From the NCBI GenBank assembly GCA_044226015.1, contig JBGAHS010000002.1, forward strand, positions 1,075,435 to 1,139,434: a stretch of DNA of 64,000 bases. Direction: 5' to 3'. The stretch comes from Candidatus Obscuribacteraceae bacterium. Its GTDB lineage: Bacteria; Cyanobacteriota; Vampirovibrionia; Obscuribacterales; Obscuribacteraceae. Under the pieces are notes generated by a model, which saw only the letters and a program-made list of their open reading frames with translations, ran no database searches and had not been told where the DNA came from. A program made the position numbers and the translations under genes. This document shows positions 32,048-42,199 of the stretch, in pieces. Position 1 is the first letter of the stretch. Every line of letters starts with the position of its first letter.

Positions 32048-33070
32048 TCAGGAGCCCCAGATCAACAGCTTTTCCTCAAGCAATGCTGCAATAGTGTCTT
32101 TTGCTTCTTGCCACTTAAGTGTCAACGCTAGACTATTATTCTTAGAGCAGCGAGCTTCATCCAGCAAGGGGAAGAAGCTTGCGTCTTCACGTATCCATGC
32201 TTCTTTTCCATTTTCGTTTCTCTGGTGGTTCAAAGTCTTCGAATTGTGCAGGTTATCGAATTGAACCAGGGCTCTGCCGAAAGGCAGATTCGCAAGAATG
32301 CTCAGGGACTCTTCGATTGCAGAAAAGGACAACTTTGATTTCGTCATCAAAGACCACGAAACAAGAAAATTGAGACCACGGAGTAGATCGTAGAAATAAA
32401 AACGCGGAAAAGTTAGCTTTAACCAATTGTTATCGATAACATCCGAACTGGATCTGGAGCGGAACAGCTTTCTTTCTATGAGGTAGTTAGCTCCTCGTTC
32501 AAGAAAAACAATTTCGTCTTTATTCCATTGCTCGTTGCGAGAATTTAGCACAGCTTCCAGAGCTGGCAAGGTTGAGACCACCGAACTCTTTTGAAAAGAC
32601 TTTGTATACGCAGCCTCATCGCAGTTCAAACCGCCGTCTGCTAATTGATACCTCATGTACCAATTCCTGATCCAGGGCAAGCGACCTTCGACATCCACAC
32701 CCGCACTATGAAGAACCTGTTCAATAGAACCGAGGGCGCAGTGGCACATGATGTGCCGCGAGCCATCCTTGCCTGGGGGAATTTCGCTCTCCAAAAAAGG
32801 AAAAAACTTGAGATAGTGAGAATCAATCACCCTGGTCATCTGGTCTAGAAAAACCGGCGGGATTCTTTTTGCTTCGCCTAGCTCAAAGAGCAAGACTGAA
32901 TGCCACCACGGGCTGTTCCACTTCGGCCAGTAGGGATCTAGCTGAATGGACTCGATCGCTTCTGCGCTAGACAAATATGCGATGCTGCCAGCAATATTTT
33001 CCTCACTCAGCTGCGGTATGTTTGCATCATTTTTTTCGTCAAGCAGCTCCCGAAGCTCAGCTTTTTCCAA
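32048..33070 (-). CDS. Prenyltransferase/squalene-cyclase-repeat-like hypothetical protein
   Basis: QLADGGLNC, ERGANYL..RKLF, FPRFYFYDLLRGL; AAGGAG RBS before TTG. Confidence 0.65.
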   Translation of the reverse strand: MEKAELRELLDEKNDANIPQLSEENIAGSIAYLSSAEAIESIQLDPYWPKWNSPWWHSVLLFELGEAKRIPPVFLDQMTRVIDSHYLKFFPFLESEIPPGKDGSRHIMCHCALGSIEQVLHSAGVDVEGRLPWIRNWYMRYQLADGGLNCDEAAYTKSFQKSSVVSTLPALEAVLNSRNEQWNKDEIVFLERGANYLIERKLFRSRSSSDVIDNNWLKLTFPRFYFYDLLRGLNFLVSWSLMTKSKLSFSAIEESLSILANLPFGRALVQFDNLHNSKTLNHQRNENGKEAWIREDASFFPLLDEARCSKNNSLALTLKWQEAKDTIAALLEEKLLIWGS

Positions 33071-33110
33071 GATCTTCTCCTTTCAGGTTGAGACTGATTG
33101 ATTCGGTTTA

Positions 33111-34490
33111 CTATTGGAATTTCACAACAGTCAAAGCGGAGACGAGCTTATCAAGCCTTGCACCACGGGAACCTTTGATCAAAACACAAGTATCTGAATC
33201 AAGCCTACTGCTAAGTTCGTGTTCCGCGACATGCATATCCTGGCAATGGACAACTTCAAATGACGCAGTATGAGCGCCCTCATACACATGCCTTGCCAAA
33301 CTACCAACCGTTAACAGCAAGTTGATCTTACTCGTCTTCAACCATTCACCTAACTCTCTCAAAAGGGCAGGTCCCTGGTCACCGAGTTCAAGCAAATCAC
33401 CAACAACCACAATTTTGCGCGCCTGGGGATAAGCCGAAATTTCGCCCAGGGCCGCAACTGCGGCTCTTACAGATTCTGGATTTGCGTTGTATGTTTCATC
33501 TATGACGAGGGCACCAGATTCGGTGCGCAACTTATTTCCTCTTCCGAGTACCGCCTTGAATTGCTTCAAGCCATCTGCTATCTCTCCGTCACTCAACCCC
33601 AGTTCTCTGGCAGCAATGATTGCGCACCAGGCATCGGAGATCAACGGCAAACCATGAGCCCTGACTTCGAAAACCTGCTCCGCATCATTGAGTTTAAACC
33701 TGGTAAATTCAGTATCAGCACCTAAAATTTCGACATTATGCGCATCAAAAACATGCATTTTTCCAGAAAACACAGATTTAGCTTGCTTAACGAGATGCGC
33801 ATCATTGCTGCCTAGAATTGCCACCCCTCGCTCGGGTTTCAGATGTTGTAACAACTCGCATTTTGCCTTTGCTATGTTTTCTTTGCTTCCGAGAAGTTCT
33901 ATGTGCGCCGTACCAGCATTTGTAATTATGCCTATGTCAGCAAGAGAGCATTTCGCTAACTGCTCAATTTGCCCAAGTCCTCGCATTGCCATCTCAATGA
34001 CGGCTACTTGTGTATCATCAGGCATTGAAAGCAAAGTCTTAGGAACGCCAAACTCGTTGTTTTCGTTTTTTGCCGAAAAATGGCACCTGCGGCTATGTGA
34101 GAATATGGCTGCAGCCATCTCTTTCGTTGTGGTCTTGCCGGAAGAGCCGGTGATACCGAGCACTTTTGGACCTATCCTCTTTCGCCAATTACGCGCCAAT
34201 GCATGATAAGCCTCAAGCGTATCCTCCACTGCAATGAGCGGAAATTGCTGACTACCGATAGGATAGTTTGGACGCTCCACTACTATGGCTCCTGCGGCGC
34301 CAGCAGAAAATGCATCACCCAAAAAGTCGTGCCCATCGAATTTGTCACCAGCAAATGCGATATACCAATCGCCCTCGGCGACAAGCCTGGTGTCACTGAC
34401 CAGAGGTCCAACCAGGTCAGACATAAGTCCAGAAGCAAGCCGCCCTTTGCAAACGTGCATAATTTCTTCGCCACTAAAAACGGCTGTCAT
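33111..34490 (-). CDS. murF: UDP-N-acetylmuramoyl-tripeptide--D-alanyl-D-alanine ligase
   Basis: FDGHDF, GITGSSGKTTTKE, NNEFGVP, IEMAM, DETYNANPES, GDLLELG, KGSRG. Confidence 0.95.
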   Translation of the reverse strand: MTAVFSGEEIMHVCKGRLASGLMSDLVGPLVSDTRLVAEGDWYIAFAGDKFDGHDFLGDAFSAGAAGAIVVERPNYPIGSQQFPLIAVEDTLEAYHALARNWRKRIGPKVLGITGSSGKTTTKEMAAAIFSHSRRCHFSAKNENNEFGVPKTLLSMPDDTQVAVIEMAMRGLGQIEQLAKCSLADIGIITNAGTAHIELLGSKENIAKAKCELLQHLKPERGVAILGSNDAHLVKQAKSVFSGKMHVFDAHNVEILGADTEFTRFKLNDAEQVFEVRAHGLPLISDAWCAIIAARELGLSDGEIADGLKQFKAVLGRGNKLRTESGALVIDETYNANPESVRAAVAALGEISAYPQARKIVVVGDLLELGDQGPALLRELGEWLKTSKINLLLTVGSLARHVYEGAHTASFEVVHCQDMHVAEHELSSRLDSDTCVLIKGSRGARLDKLVSALTVVKFQ

Positions 34491-34541
34491 TGCGTTTCTC
34501 CAAAATATCAGCCAATATTGTAGCCTCTTGGCCTAGAACAC

Positions 34542-34569
34542 AAAAAGACGGGGTCAAAATAACCCCGTC
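34542..34569 (-). terminator. Intrinsic terminator
   Basis: GACGGGGT/ACCCCGTC stem followed by a U5 tract on the minus strand. Confidence 0.7.
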
Positions 34570-34609
34570 GAACTCATTTCTCAATGCGCGCCTCAATGCG
34601 CGCCAATTG

Positions 34610-34768
34610 CTATTTCTTTTCTTCTGGCGGAGCGGGAAACTTCTGCTCTTCTTTCGGTTGAATCTTATTTTCTTGGGTCGTTTTCATACGAACGTTAAGC
34701 TCTTTGGTGAGCATTCTGTTCGCAAAGTTGCTGCGCGTGACTCTCTGTTCGGATGCTGTCTCGGACAT
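34610..34768 (-). CDS. Unannotated 52-aa small protein
   Basis: GGAGG RBS, ATG 34768, MSETASEQRVTRSNFANRMLTKELNVRMKTTQENKIQPKEEQKFPAPPEEKK, TAG, then a terminator. Confidence 0.7.
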   Translation of the reverse strand: MSETASEQRVTRSNFANRMLTKELNVRMKTTQENKIQPKEEQKFPAPPEEKK

Positions 34769-35059
34769 ATTTACCTCCAATAAGCCAGTCGCTAAGCAAC
34801 CGCTCGACCCATTTCGCGTTATAACGCCAGAGTGATCTTAGGCGAAGAGACCCTTATTGGCAACCCTAAACCCGCCTGTTTAAGCGTAATTAACCGGACC
34901 CATGCTCAAGTCGACAGATATGCAAACCATATGCAAATCTCGAAATACTGGCGTCGCAGTTAGTGTCCTCAATTCTTGAAGTAATGAAGAGCTTTACTTA
35001 TTAGAAGGCATTGATGACAAGCATCTATAATTCAAAAAATACAACTGAGGTTTACTCGG

Positions 35060-36079
35060 ATGTCGGAATCTTATATGACTAGCACGCAGCTTTCACAGAA
35101 AGCCCGGGAATTATTGCGCCTGGATCTTCCCGGAAACAAGCTCTGGACAGAGCGCAGGCATCTACTAGACACTAAAGACTTGAAACCCGAAGAACTCGAC
35201 GCAGTGCTTGAGGCGGCATCATTATGCAAAGAAATGACGCTGAACGGGGAGGGTCCACAGCCAATTCTTAGCACTAAAACAGTCGCCAATCTGTTTTATG
35301 AAAACTCAACAAGAACAAGAAGCAGCTTTGAGCTAGCTGCGAAGAGGCTGGGAGCCACTGTAATAAACGTAGATATAGCCTCGTCATCAGTAGCTAAGGG
35401 CGAAACCATTATTGACACCGGCAGAACTTTAACTGCAATGTCTGTTGATTGCCTCGTGCAGCGCCATCAAGCATCAGGTTCAGCGCTACAGATTACTAGA
35501 GAATTTGGCGATCAAGTACATGTAATTAACGCTGGTGATGGATGGAATGCGCACCCAACACAGGCATTGCTCGATTATTTCACCATGTGGGAAATAAAAG
35601 GACATATGAAAGGGCGCAAGATTGCCATCGTCGGTGATATCACTCATAGCCGCGTAGCGCGTTCAAATATTTGGCTATTAAAGACGATGGGAGCCGATGT
35701 TCACATCGCTGGTCCACCGACATTGTTGCCACCGAAACTCGAAAAGCTTGGTGTTTCATTCCATACGGGTCTTGAGCCAGCTATCAAAGACGCTGATTTT
35801 GTCATGGTCTTACGTTTACAACTGGAACGTCAACAGCAAGGTTTGATTCCTAGCATCGGCGAATACAAGCGACTTTACAGACTAGATCATGAGCGTGTCG
35901 CTCTAGCACAGCCGGATGCCAAAGTCTTCCATCCTGGACCAATGAACAGAGACATCGAAATTTCTCATGCTCTTGCTGATGATATGGAGCGTTCACTGGT
36001 GCGCACCCAGGTGGCTAACGGTGTGGCAGTTCGAATGGCAGTTTTGTATCTTCTTCTTGCAAACGGGAATCGGAAATAA
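35060..36079 (+). CDS. pyrB: Aspartate carbamoyltransferase catalytic subunit
   Basis: FYENSTRTRSSFE, INAGDG..AHPTQALLD, HSRVARSN, HPGPMNR. Confidence 0.97.
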   Translation: MSESYMTSTQLSQKARELLRLDLPGNKLWTERRHLLDTKDLKPEELDAVLEAASLCKEMTLNGEGPQPILSTKTVANLFYENSTRTRSSFELAAKRLGATVINVDIASSSVAKGETIIDTGRTLTAMSVDCLVQRHQASGSALQITREFGDQVHVINAGDGWNAHPTQALLDYFTMWEIKGHMKGRKIAIVGDITHSRVARSNIWLLKTMGADVHIAGPPTLLPPKLEKLGVSFHTGLEPAIKDADFVMVLRLQLERQQQGLIPSIGEYKRLYRLDHERVALAQPDAKVFHPGPMNRDIEISHALADDMERSLVRTQVANGVAVRMAVLYLLLANGNRK

Positions 36080-36081
36080 CC

Positions 36082-37389
36082 ATGAGCGAAAACATACTAA
36101 TAAAAAACGGTCTTCTGATTGATCCTCTTACACAAACGGAATCGAAGGGAGACCTGAGAATTCGCAATGGAAAGATCGCTGAACGCGGCGACAACTTGAA
36201 AGAACAAGAAGACGAGAGAATTGTTGACGCAGCTCGTTGCTGGGTAGCTCCTGGACTTATAGATATGCACACGCATATGAGGGATCTCGGACAGAAAGAT
36301 AAGGAGGATCTCGGCACTGGAACCAAAGCTGCCGCTGCTGGTGGTTTCACTACAGTGGTTGCGATGGCTAATACCGAGCCGGTGCTCGATAGCGGAACCA
36401 CATTCTCTCTCTACTTACAAAAGATCGCTCGATCTGCTGTCATCGAAGTGCTTCCAGTTGCTGCCGTTACACGCGGTTTGCAGGGACAGGAACTTACCAA
36501 TATGGTCGAGTTGTCGGATCTCGGTGCAGTTGCCTTCTCCGATGACGGCAAACCCATTCAAAATTTGATTGTTCTTCGCCGAGCACTAGAGTATGTCAAA
36601 TTAACTGGCAAAACCATAATCAGCCATGCTGAAGATCTAGACCTGGCAGAAGGCGGAGCGATGCATGAGGGTCACCTATCAACAAGCATGGGTGTTCAGG
36701 GCATCACATATGCTTCAGAAACAGTAGCAGTGGCTAGAGAGTTGGAGATCGTTCGCTTGACGAAGAGCCCTTATCACTTCACTCACATATCGTGCGCCCC
36801 CTCTGTTGAGATGATTAGAAGAGCGCAGTCCGAGGGGCTGCCAGTCACTGCCGATGTGACACCACATCACATCGCCCTGACAGTAGATTTACTTCAGAAC
36901 TACGATACAAACCTGAAAATGAATCCTCCTCTTCGCACATTTGATGATCAGGAGAAGCTGATTGATGGCATAAAGGACGGCACCATAACTGCCATCGCAA
37001 CTGACCACGCACCCCATACGAGCCTTGAAAAATCACGGCCTTTACCAGATGCACCTTTCGGCATTACAGGTCTTGAAACTGCATTCAGCATTATTTGCGC
37101 ATCATTGCTCGAAACCAATCACATCACACGGCTCAAGCTGTACGAACTTCTTACCACTGGCCCAGCAAGAATATTGAATCTGCCAATGCCATCTTTAGCT
37201 GTGGGCGCAAGAGCGAACATCTGCATTGTTGACCCAGATAAGAAGTGGGTCTACAACGCTAAGCGAGGACAATCACGTTCATCGAACTCGCCGTGGCATC
37301 AACAGGAACTCAAAGGCAAAAACATCTGCACCATATTTGATGGCAAGGTTGTTTACCAATTGAGCAATGAGCTGAGCAACGCAAAATAA
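36082..37389 (+). CDS. pyrC: Dihydroorotase
   Basis: PGLIDMHTHMRD, AAAGGFT, KMNPPLR, IATDHAPH. Confidence 0.96.
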   Translation: MSENILIKNGLLIDPLTQTESKGDLRIRNGKIAERGDNLKEQEDERIVDAARCWVAPGLIDMHTHMRDLGQKDKEDLGTGTKAAAAGGFTTVVAMANTEPVLDSGTTFSLYLQKIARSAVIEVLPVAAVTRGLQGQELTNMVELSDLGAVAFSDDGKPIQNLIVLRRALEYVKLTGKTIISHAEDLDLAEGGAMHEGHLSTSMGVQGITYASETVAVARELEIVRLTKSPYHFTHISCAPSVEMIRRAQSEGLPVTADVTPHHIALTVDLLQNYDTNLKMNPPLRTFDDQEKLIDGIKDGTITAIATDHAPHTSLEKSRPLPDAPFGITGLETAFSIICASLLETNHITRLKLYELLTTGPARILNLPMPSLAVGARANICIVDPDKKWVYNAKRGQSRSSNSPWHQQELKGKNICTIFDGKVVYQLSNELSNAK

Positions 37390-37403
37390 TGACACCGTTC
37401 AGA

Positions 37404-37434
37404 AAAGGCACTCTCCAGAACTGGAGAGTGCTTT
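37404..37434. terminator. Probable bidirectional terminator
   Basis: GCACTCTCCAG-AA-CTGGAGAGTGC flanked by A and T tracts between convergent genes. Confidence 0.75.
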
Positions 37435-37483
37435 GGATTCATCTGATTCAGTTCAATGATCTTCTACTTGGGTACTGACTAGT

Positions 37484-38563
37484 TTAGTTGCCGAACTTCT
37501 TCTCAAGAAGACCAGGAGCGATTTTCTCTATTCTTCGAAGATCGTCAGCCACTCTCTCATCAGAACTCATCTTGTTACGATCTTTTCCAGCACTTGCCGA
37601 GCTGTTTTCAGCGTGAGGAATCTTAGGCGCACCTGGTCCTTCGCTATGGGGTCCGTCACCACCTTTGCCGCCACCGCCGCCGCCCTGACCTTCCATGCGG
37701 CCGAATGAAACGCCCTGATTTCCGCGAGTCACAGAGCGGAAGCCTTCTGCATCGAAGGATACTTCAGCTCCGTCCTTGAAGCTTACAGTTGTTACACCAT
37801 CTCTATCGGTCACTACCTTTTTAACGTTGTCACCTTTGATAGTGTTGGATCCGTCCGGGTTGAGAGTTATGCGATCTCCATCGGGAGTGAATAACGATTC
37901 TTTTCCATCTTCACGAACAATGTGGTCGCCGGTGGGCAACTCTTCAACTCCATCCTTGATTTCTTCGGAGCTTTCCGCATGACTTTGCGCGCTCATGTCG
38001 CCAATCTTGTCCGAAATTTCTTGATTCTTCAGCTCATTCCCAATTTTGCCGAGACTATCCGCCTTAGGATTCAGCGCATCCTGAAGTTTGTCGGTTTTTC
38101 CAGCTGCTTCAGAATTTTCCTTATCCAAGCGATTTGTTTTTGCATCGTCTGGCATCTTATTTACTTGACCATGATGAAATTCATGTTGCTGCGTGACTGG
38201 GTCAACTTCTGCACCGTTCTTGTTGCGTTCTTGATCTTTCGAAGAATTGTCCTTATCGGACTTAGCATTATTCTCGCCAGTACCTTTCTTCAGGTCTTCG
38301 TGTTCCTTAGAAGACTTTCCTTCCTCTCCCTGCTTACGCTTCTCGACCTGCTTGTCCTTATCGTCACCAAGCTCGAGCTTAGGTAGACCTGAATCTTTGT
38401 CACTCTTGCTATTGTTGGTCAATGAATCGCTGATAGCTCCTACTTTGGCTCCAGCTGCACCAAAAACTTCTTCTCTGAACTTATCTCCACTCTCTGCAGC
38501 GCCGCCTTTATCGTTCGATTCGACGTTCTCAACCTTCTGTTTGTTCAAGTTATCATCTGCCAT
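37484..38563 (-). CDS. Hypothetical protein, paralogue 1 with the shared 'ELPTGD' beta-rich domain
   Basis: VEELPTGDHIVREDGKESLFTPDGDRITLNPDGS..IKG.. domain; GGAGGG RBS. Confidence 0.85.
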   Translation of the reverse strand: MADDNLNKQKVENVESNDKGGAAESGDKFREEVFGAAGAKVGAISDSLTNNSKSDKDSGLPKLELGDDKDKQVEKRKQGEEGKSSKEHEDLKKGTGENNAKSDKDNSSKDQERNKNGAEVDPVTQQHEFHHGQVNKMPDDAKTNRLDKENSEAAGKTDKLQDALNPKADSLGKIGNELKNQEISDKIGDMSAQSHAESSEEIKDGVEELPTGDHIVREDGKESLFTPDGDRITLNPDGSNTIKGDNVKKVVTDRDGVTTVSFKDGAEVSFDAEGFRSVTRGNQGVSFGRMEGQGGGGGGKGGDGPHSEGPGAPKIPHAENSSASAGKDRNKMSSDERVADDLRRIEKIAPGLLEKKFGN

Positions 38564-38823
38564 CTGAGCAACCCTCCCTGCAACCGTACAGCCTCTCCGG
38601 CGAAAGAGAAGCGTCCCAAAAACCAGTTAGTAAAAGCCTTCCTAAAGCAATCCAATGATAGAAGTATGCAAAACTTAAACGGAATTTATTACGGTTTTTC
38701 CCACCTACCTGATCTGTTCATCTATGCATCAGGGTTTGCATCATTTTGCATAACGGATCACACAATTATGCAGCTTGAACGAAAAAGCACAAAGAGTTAT
38801 AAACTAGACCCCTCTCTGGAGCA

Positions 38824-40263
38824 ATGATGAAAACTAGATTTCAGCTGCTCGTTCTAAGCTTCACACCTATTCTGCTCTTGCAGCAGAACGCATGCTGGGG
38901 ACAAATTTCAAGCAAAGCTCCAAATAAAGTAGTGAAGAAAGCAATGAAAGCAACTCCGCACAATATAGTAGGGACCTGGTCGGGCACTCTGGTTCTCCCA
39001 AACTCGTTAACTATGCCACTCGTTTTTCGATTTGCCGAACTCAAAGGTGTTTACTCAGGTAGTCTCGAAAGCCCTAGCCAGAGTTCGCAACAAATCGATT
39101 TTGATTCAGTGGGGCAGGATGAGAATGGAAACATACACGCGAAAATTGCAAAGTTACTCGCGGAGTTCTCAGGGCACCTGGAAGAAGATGGCAAAGTTCT
39201 AAAAGGCACCTGGACTCAGAATGGACAATCAATGCCAGCTAGTTTCAAATCAGTTGGCGAGTACAGTGCAAAAAAGCATGCGCAGGAACCGATTCCTCCA
39301 TTTCCTTACAGCTCTGAGGATATCAGCTTCAAGAGTGGCGACCATCAAATTTCCGGGACAATCACTTTCCCGCGTGGTGCGAGTAATTCACCTGCCATCG
39401 TACTGATTCACGGCAGTGGACCTCACGACCGCGATGAAAACATATTGGGTCACAAACCATTTCTAGTATTAGCTGATCACCTCACGAAAAATGGCATTGC
39501 TGTTCTTCGATATGACAAACGAGGTTGCAAGAAATCTACTGGGAATTATTCAAGTGCTACCAGCGCAGACTTTGCAGATGATGCTGTCGCCGCAGTGGAA
39601 TTTCTGAAAACACGTTCTGAGATAGACCAAAAACACATTGGACTTCTTGGACACAGTGAGGGTGGAGTCATTGCTCCTATGGTGGCAAACAGGATGCCAA
39701 ACGACATAAGCTTTGTGGTTTTGATGGCGGGGTCGGCGCTAACAGGCGAGAAAATACTACTAGGGCAGGTCCGCGCGTTATCAGCGAACCCAACTGATGC
39801 CACAAAAGAGCTGACACTCGCAAGCAAAACCTATGAAATCCTAAAAGCCGAGCCAAATAACGATAAAGCTATGGACAAGATTCTCTTGATGCGAAAGGAA
39901 ATTGGAAAGGATGATTCAAAGAATTTGGCGGATGTAAAACGCGATCTAGCCGCGCTAACCAGCCCATGGTACCGCTATTTCATCAGCTACGATCCCAGCG
40001 TCGAACTTTCAAAGTTGAAGTCTCCCGTTCTTGCCATAAATGGTGACAAAGACAAGCAGGTGCTGGCTGATGAGAATCTGGCACGAATCAAGGAATGTCT
40101 GCAGTCAGCAGGCAATACCAAAGTGAGAATTGAAAAGATTCCCAATACAAATCATCTGATGCAAACATGCGCCACAGGTATGCCACAGGAATATTCCGCA
40201 ACAGATGAAACGATATCACCTGCGGTGCTGAAGCTGATCAGCGATTGGATAAAAGCGCAGTAA
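38824..40263 (+). CDS. Secreted alpha/beta hydrolase (S9/S15-like peptidase or esterase)
   Basis: Signal peptide; HGSGPHDRDE, RYDKRG, GHSEGG, GDKDKQV, NHLMQ. Confidence 0.88.
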   Translation: MMKTRFQLLVLSFTPILLLQQNACWGQISSKAPNKVVKKAMKATPHNIVGTWSGTLVLPNSLTMPLVFRFAELKGVYSGSLESPSQSSQQIDFDSVGQDENGNIHAKIAKLLAEFSGHLEEDGKVLKGTWTQNGQSMPASFKSVGEYSAKKHAQEPIPPFPYSSEDISFKSGDHQISGTITFPRGASNSPAIVLIHGSGPHDRDENILGHKPFLVLADHLTKNGIAVLRYDKRGCKKSTGNYSSATSADFADDAVAAVEFLKTRSEIDQKHIGLLGHSEGGVIAPMVANRMPNDISFVVLMAGSALTGEKILLGQVRALSANPTDATKELTLASKTYEILKAEPNNDKAMDKILLMRKEIGKDDSKNLADVKRDLAALTSPWYRYFISYDPSVELSKLKSPVLAINGDKDKQVLADENLARIKECLQSAGNTKVRIEKIPNTNHLMQTCATGMPQEYSATDETISPAVLKLISDWIKAQ

Positions 40264-40311
40264 GAGCAGCACAATTCTCTGGATTGCTCAGGTAATCATG
40301 CTGAATGCCTG

Positions 40312-40343
40312 CTTGCACTGCCACTGGAAAGTGGCAGTGCAAG
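40312..40343. terminator. 14-bp hairpin with GGAA loop between convergent genes
   Basis: CTTGCACTGCCACT-GGAA-AGTGGCAGTGCAAG. Confidence 0.65.
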
Positions 40344-40458
40344 ATCAAAGGAATCGGATGCAGGCGACTGAACTCATCTCCATCGTTTCTGAGTTCAATC
40401 GCTTAGATACGCTTGGGTAATGCTAACGCGAATCTACGAGAGCGCCAACTCTATATCG

Positions 40459-41880
40459 TCAGAGTGGTTTGTGTGGCAAGCGAGGGTCCTTCAAAAGGTA
40501 ACCGTGCATTACTTTGCCATTCAGAAAGAAAACGGCTTCGTTGCCCTTTCTAATTGACTGAAAGCCATTCTTTCCAAAGGTCACTTTTTCTCCATCTCCC
40601 AAAGTTATTGTAGTGACACCATCCTTAGTGGTAGCGACAGACTTCACGTCACCTTTCACAGTATAGGTTCCGTCCTCTTTTAGCGAGATTAGATCGCCAT
40701 TTCCTGTAAGAAGGCGTTGTTCACCATCAAGTCGATCGAGCAAATCACCTGTCGGCAGCTCCTCAGGCTCACCTTCCTCGAATCTGGGTTTCGGTTCAAT
40801 TCCACCTTCACCAATCCTCTCTGTGATTGGTGGGAATGGAAATGGACGCGGCTCGATGCCGCCTTCTCCTACAGCAAGAGTTATTGGAGGTCGAGGTTCG
40901 ATGCCACCTTCACCTACCATTTCGGTGATAGGCGGTCGCGGTTCGATGCCGCCCTCTCCCACAGCGAGAGTTATTGGAGGTCGAGGATCTCTGCCACCTT
41001 CTCCCACCATTTCGGTGATAGGCGGTCGTGGTTCGATGCCGCCCTCTCCCACAGCAAGGGTTATTGGAGGACGAGGATCCCTGCCACCTTCACCTACCAT
41101 TTCGGTGATAGGTGGTCGTGGTTCGCTAAAAGGCGGTTTGAGAATGGGACCGGCTTCCTCAGCAGCATTAGTCGTCGTTGGCGGTTTGAGAATGGGACCG
41201 GCTTCTTCAGCAGCATTGGTCGTCGTTGGCGGTTTGAGAATGGGACCGGCTTCCTCAGCAACATTGGTCGTCGTTGGCGGTTTGAGAATGGGACCGGCTT
41301 CTTCTCTGAAATTTGTTGGGTCCTTGAGAATCCGTCCGGCTTCTTCTACCAGATTCGATGTCTCTGGTGGCTTTGATCCTGTTCCAGCCTCATCTCTTAG
41401 GTTCGATGTCTCTGGTGCCTTCGTTCCTGAGCCAGACTCATCTCTTAGGTTCGATGTCTCCGGTGCCTTTGTTCCTGTTCCAGACTCATCTCTCAAGTTC
41501 GATGTCTCCGGTGCCTTTTCCCCTGTGCCACCTTCTCCTCGCAAATTAGAGGTTGGAGGGGTAAACGGATACCGGCCGGTCGTACCGTCCTCTCCAACCA
41601 TTTTACTAGTTGGACCGTGATGCTGGTCACCACCCGGCTTAGAACCAGTTCCCTCCTCGCCTTTCATTTTCGTTAGTGCACGTTCCCCATCATTATGTTC
41701 ATCGTTTTTTTGCACACTGCTGTAAGTTCGTCGCTCAGCTAAATCTGCGATGAACAAATTCTGCCTGTCTCTTGTGACCTCATCATGAAAGCTGTTGTAC
41801 GCGCGATCTCGATTCGAGGATTCAGCGTTGCCAACGTCTTTTTGTTGGATATCCTCATGCGGTCTTACTTGCTCAACCAT
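40459..41880 (-). CDS. Putative multicore graspetide (plesiocin-type) precursor fused to the ELPTGD domain (paralogue 2)
   Basis: GAGGAG RBS before ATG 41880; LFIADL motif; 18 [T/S]xxxxExG repeats; ATP-grasp ligase 1.3 kb upstream on the same strand. Confidence 0.8.
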   Translation of the reverse strand: MVEQVRPHEDIQQKDVGNAESSNRDRAYNSFHDEVTRDRQNLFIADLAERRTYSSVQKNDEHNDGERALTKMKGEEGTGSKPGGDQHHGPTSKMVGEDGTTGRYPFTPPTSNLRGEGGTGEKAPETSNLRDESGTGTKAPETSNLRDESGSGTKAPETSNLRDEAGTGSKPPETSNLVEEAGRILKDPTNFREEAGPILKPPTTTNVAEEAGPILKPPTTTNAAEEAGPILKPPTTTNAAEEAGPILKPPFSEPRPPITEMVGEGGRDPRPPITLAVGEGGIEPRPPITEMVGEGGRDPRPPITLAVGEGGIEPRPPITEMVGEGGIEPRPPITLAVGEGGIEPRPFPFPPITERIGEGGIEPKPRFEEGEPEELPTGDLLDRLDGEQRLLTGNGDLISLKEDGTYTVKGDVKSVATTKDGVTTITLGDGEKVTFGKNGFQSIRKGNEAVFFLNGKVMHGYLLKDPRLPHKPL

Positions 41881-42199
41881 GTTATTTCTCCTCATAAACA
41901 GCCAAAAACAGAAGCCGCAAAGCCTCAAATACCCTTACCTACACTTACTAAATTCGGACGCACCTTTCGGTGCATTTACTACCATACTGATCAACAACGA
42001 CTGAGACCACGTAACTTACAGCAAAAGACTTACGCGCTTCCGCAAAGCTGTATGCGTGGTATCACATAAGCACCACTCATTAAACGCGCTTAGCAAACGC
42101 AGTTGCCAAACGCAATTGCCAAATGCAAGCGCTCCTCGCCAGAAATGTGATCCTCACGAGGATACGCTCATATTTTCTGAGATAGATCTGCTTCGATCT

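Noticed and set aside
40717..41620. Plus-strand repeat ORFs 40717-41376 and 40823-41620
   Set aside because: Antisense shadows of the precursor repeats; the minus frame has the RBS, leader motif and shared domain
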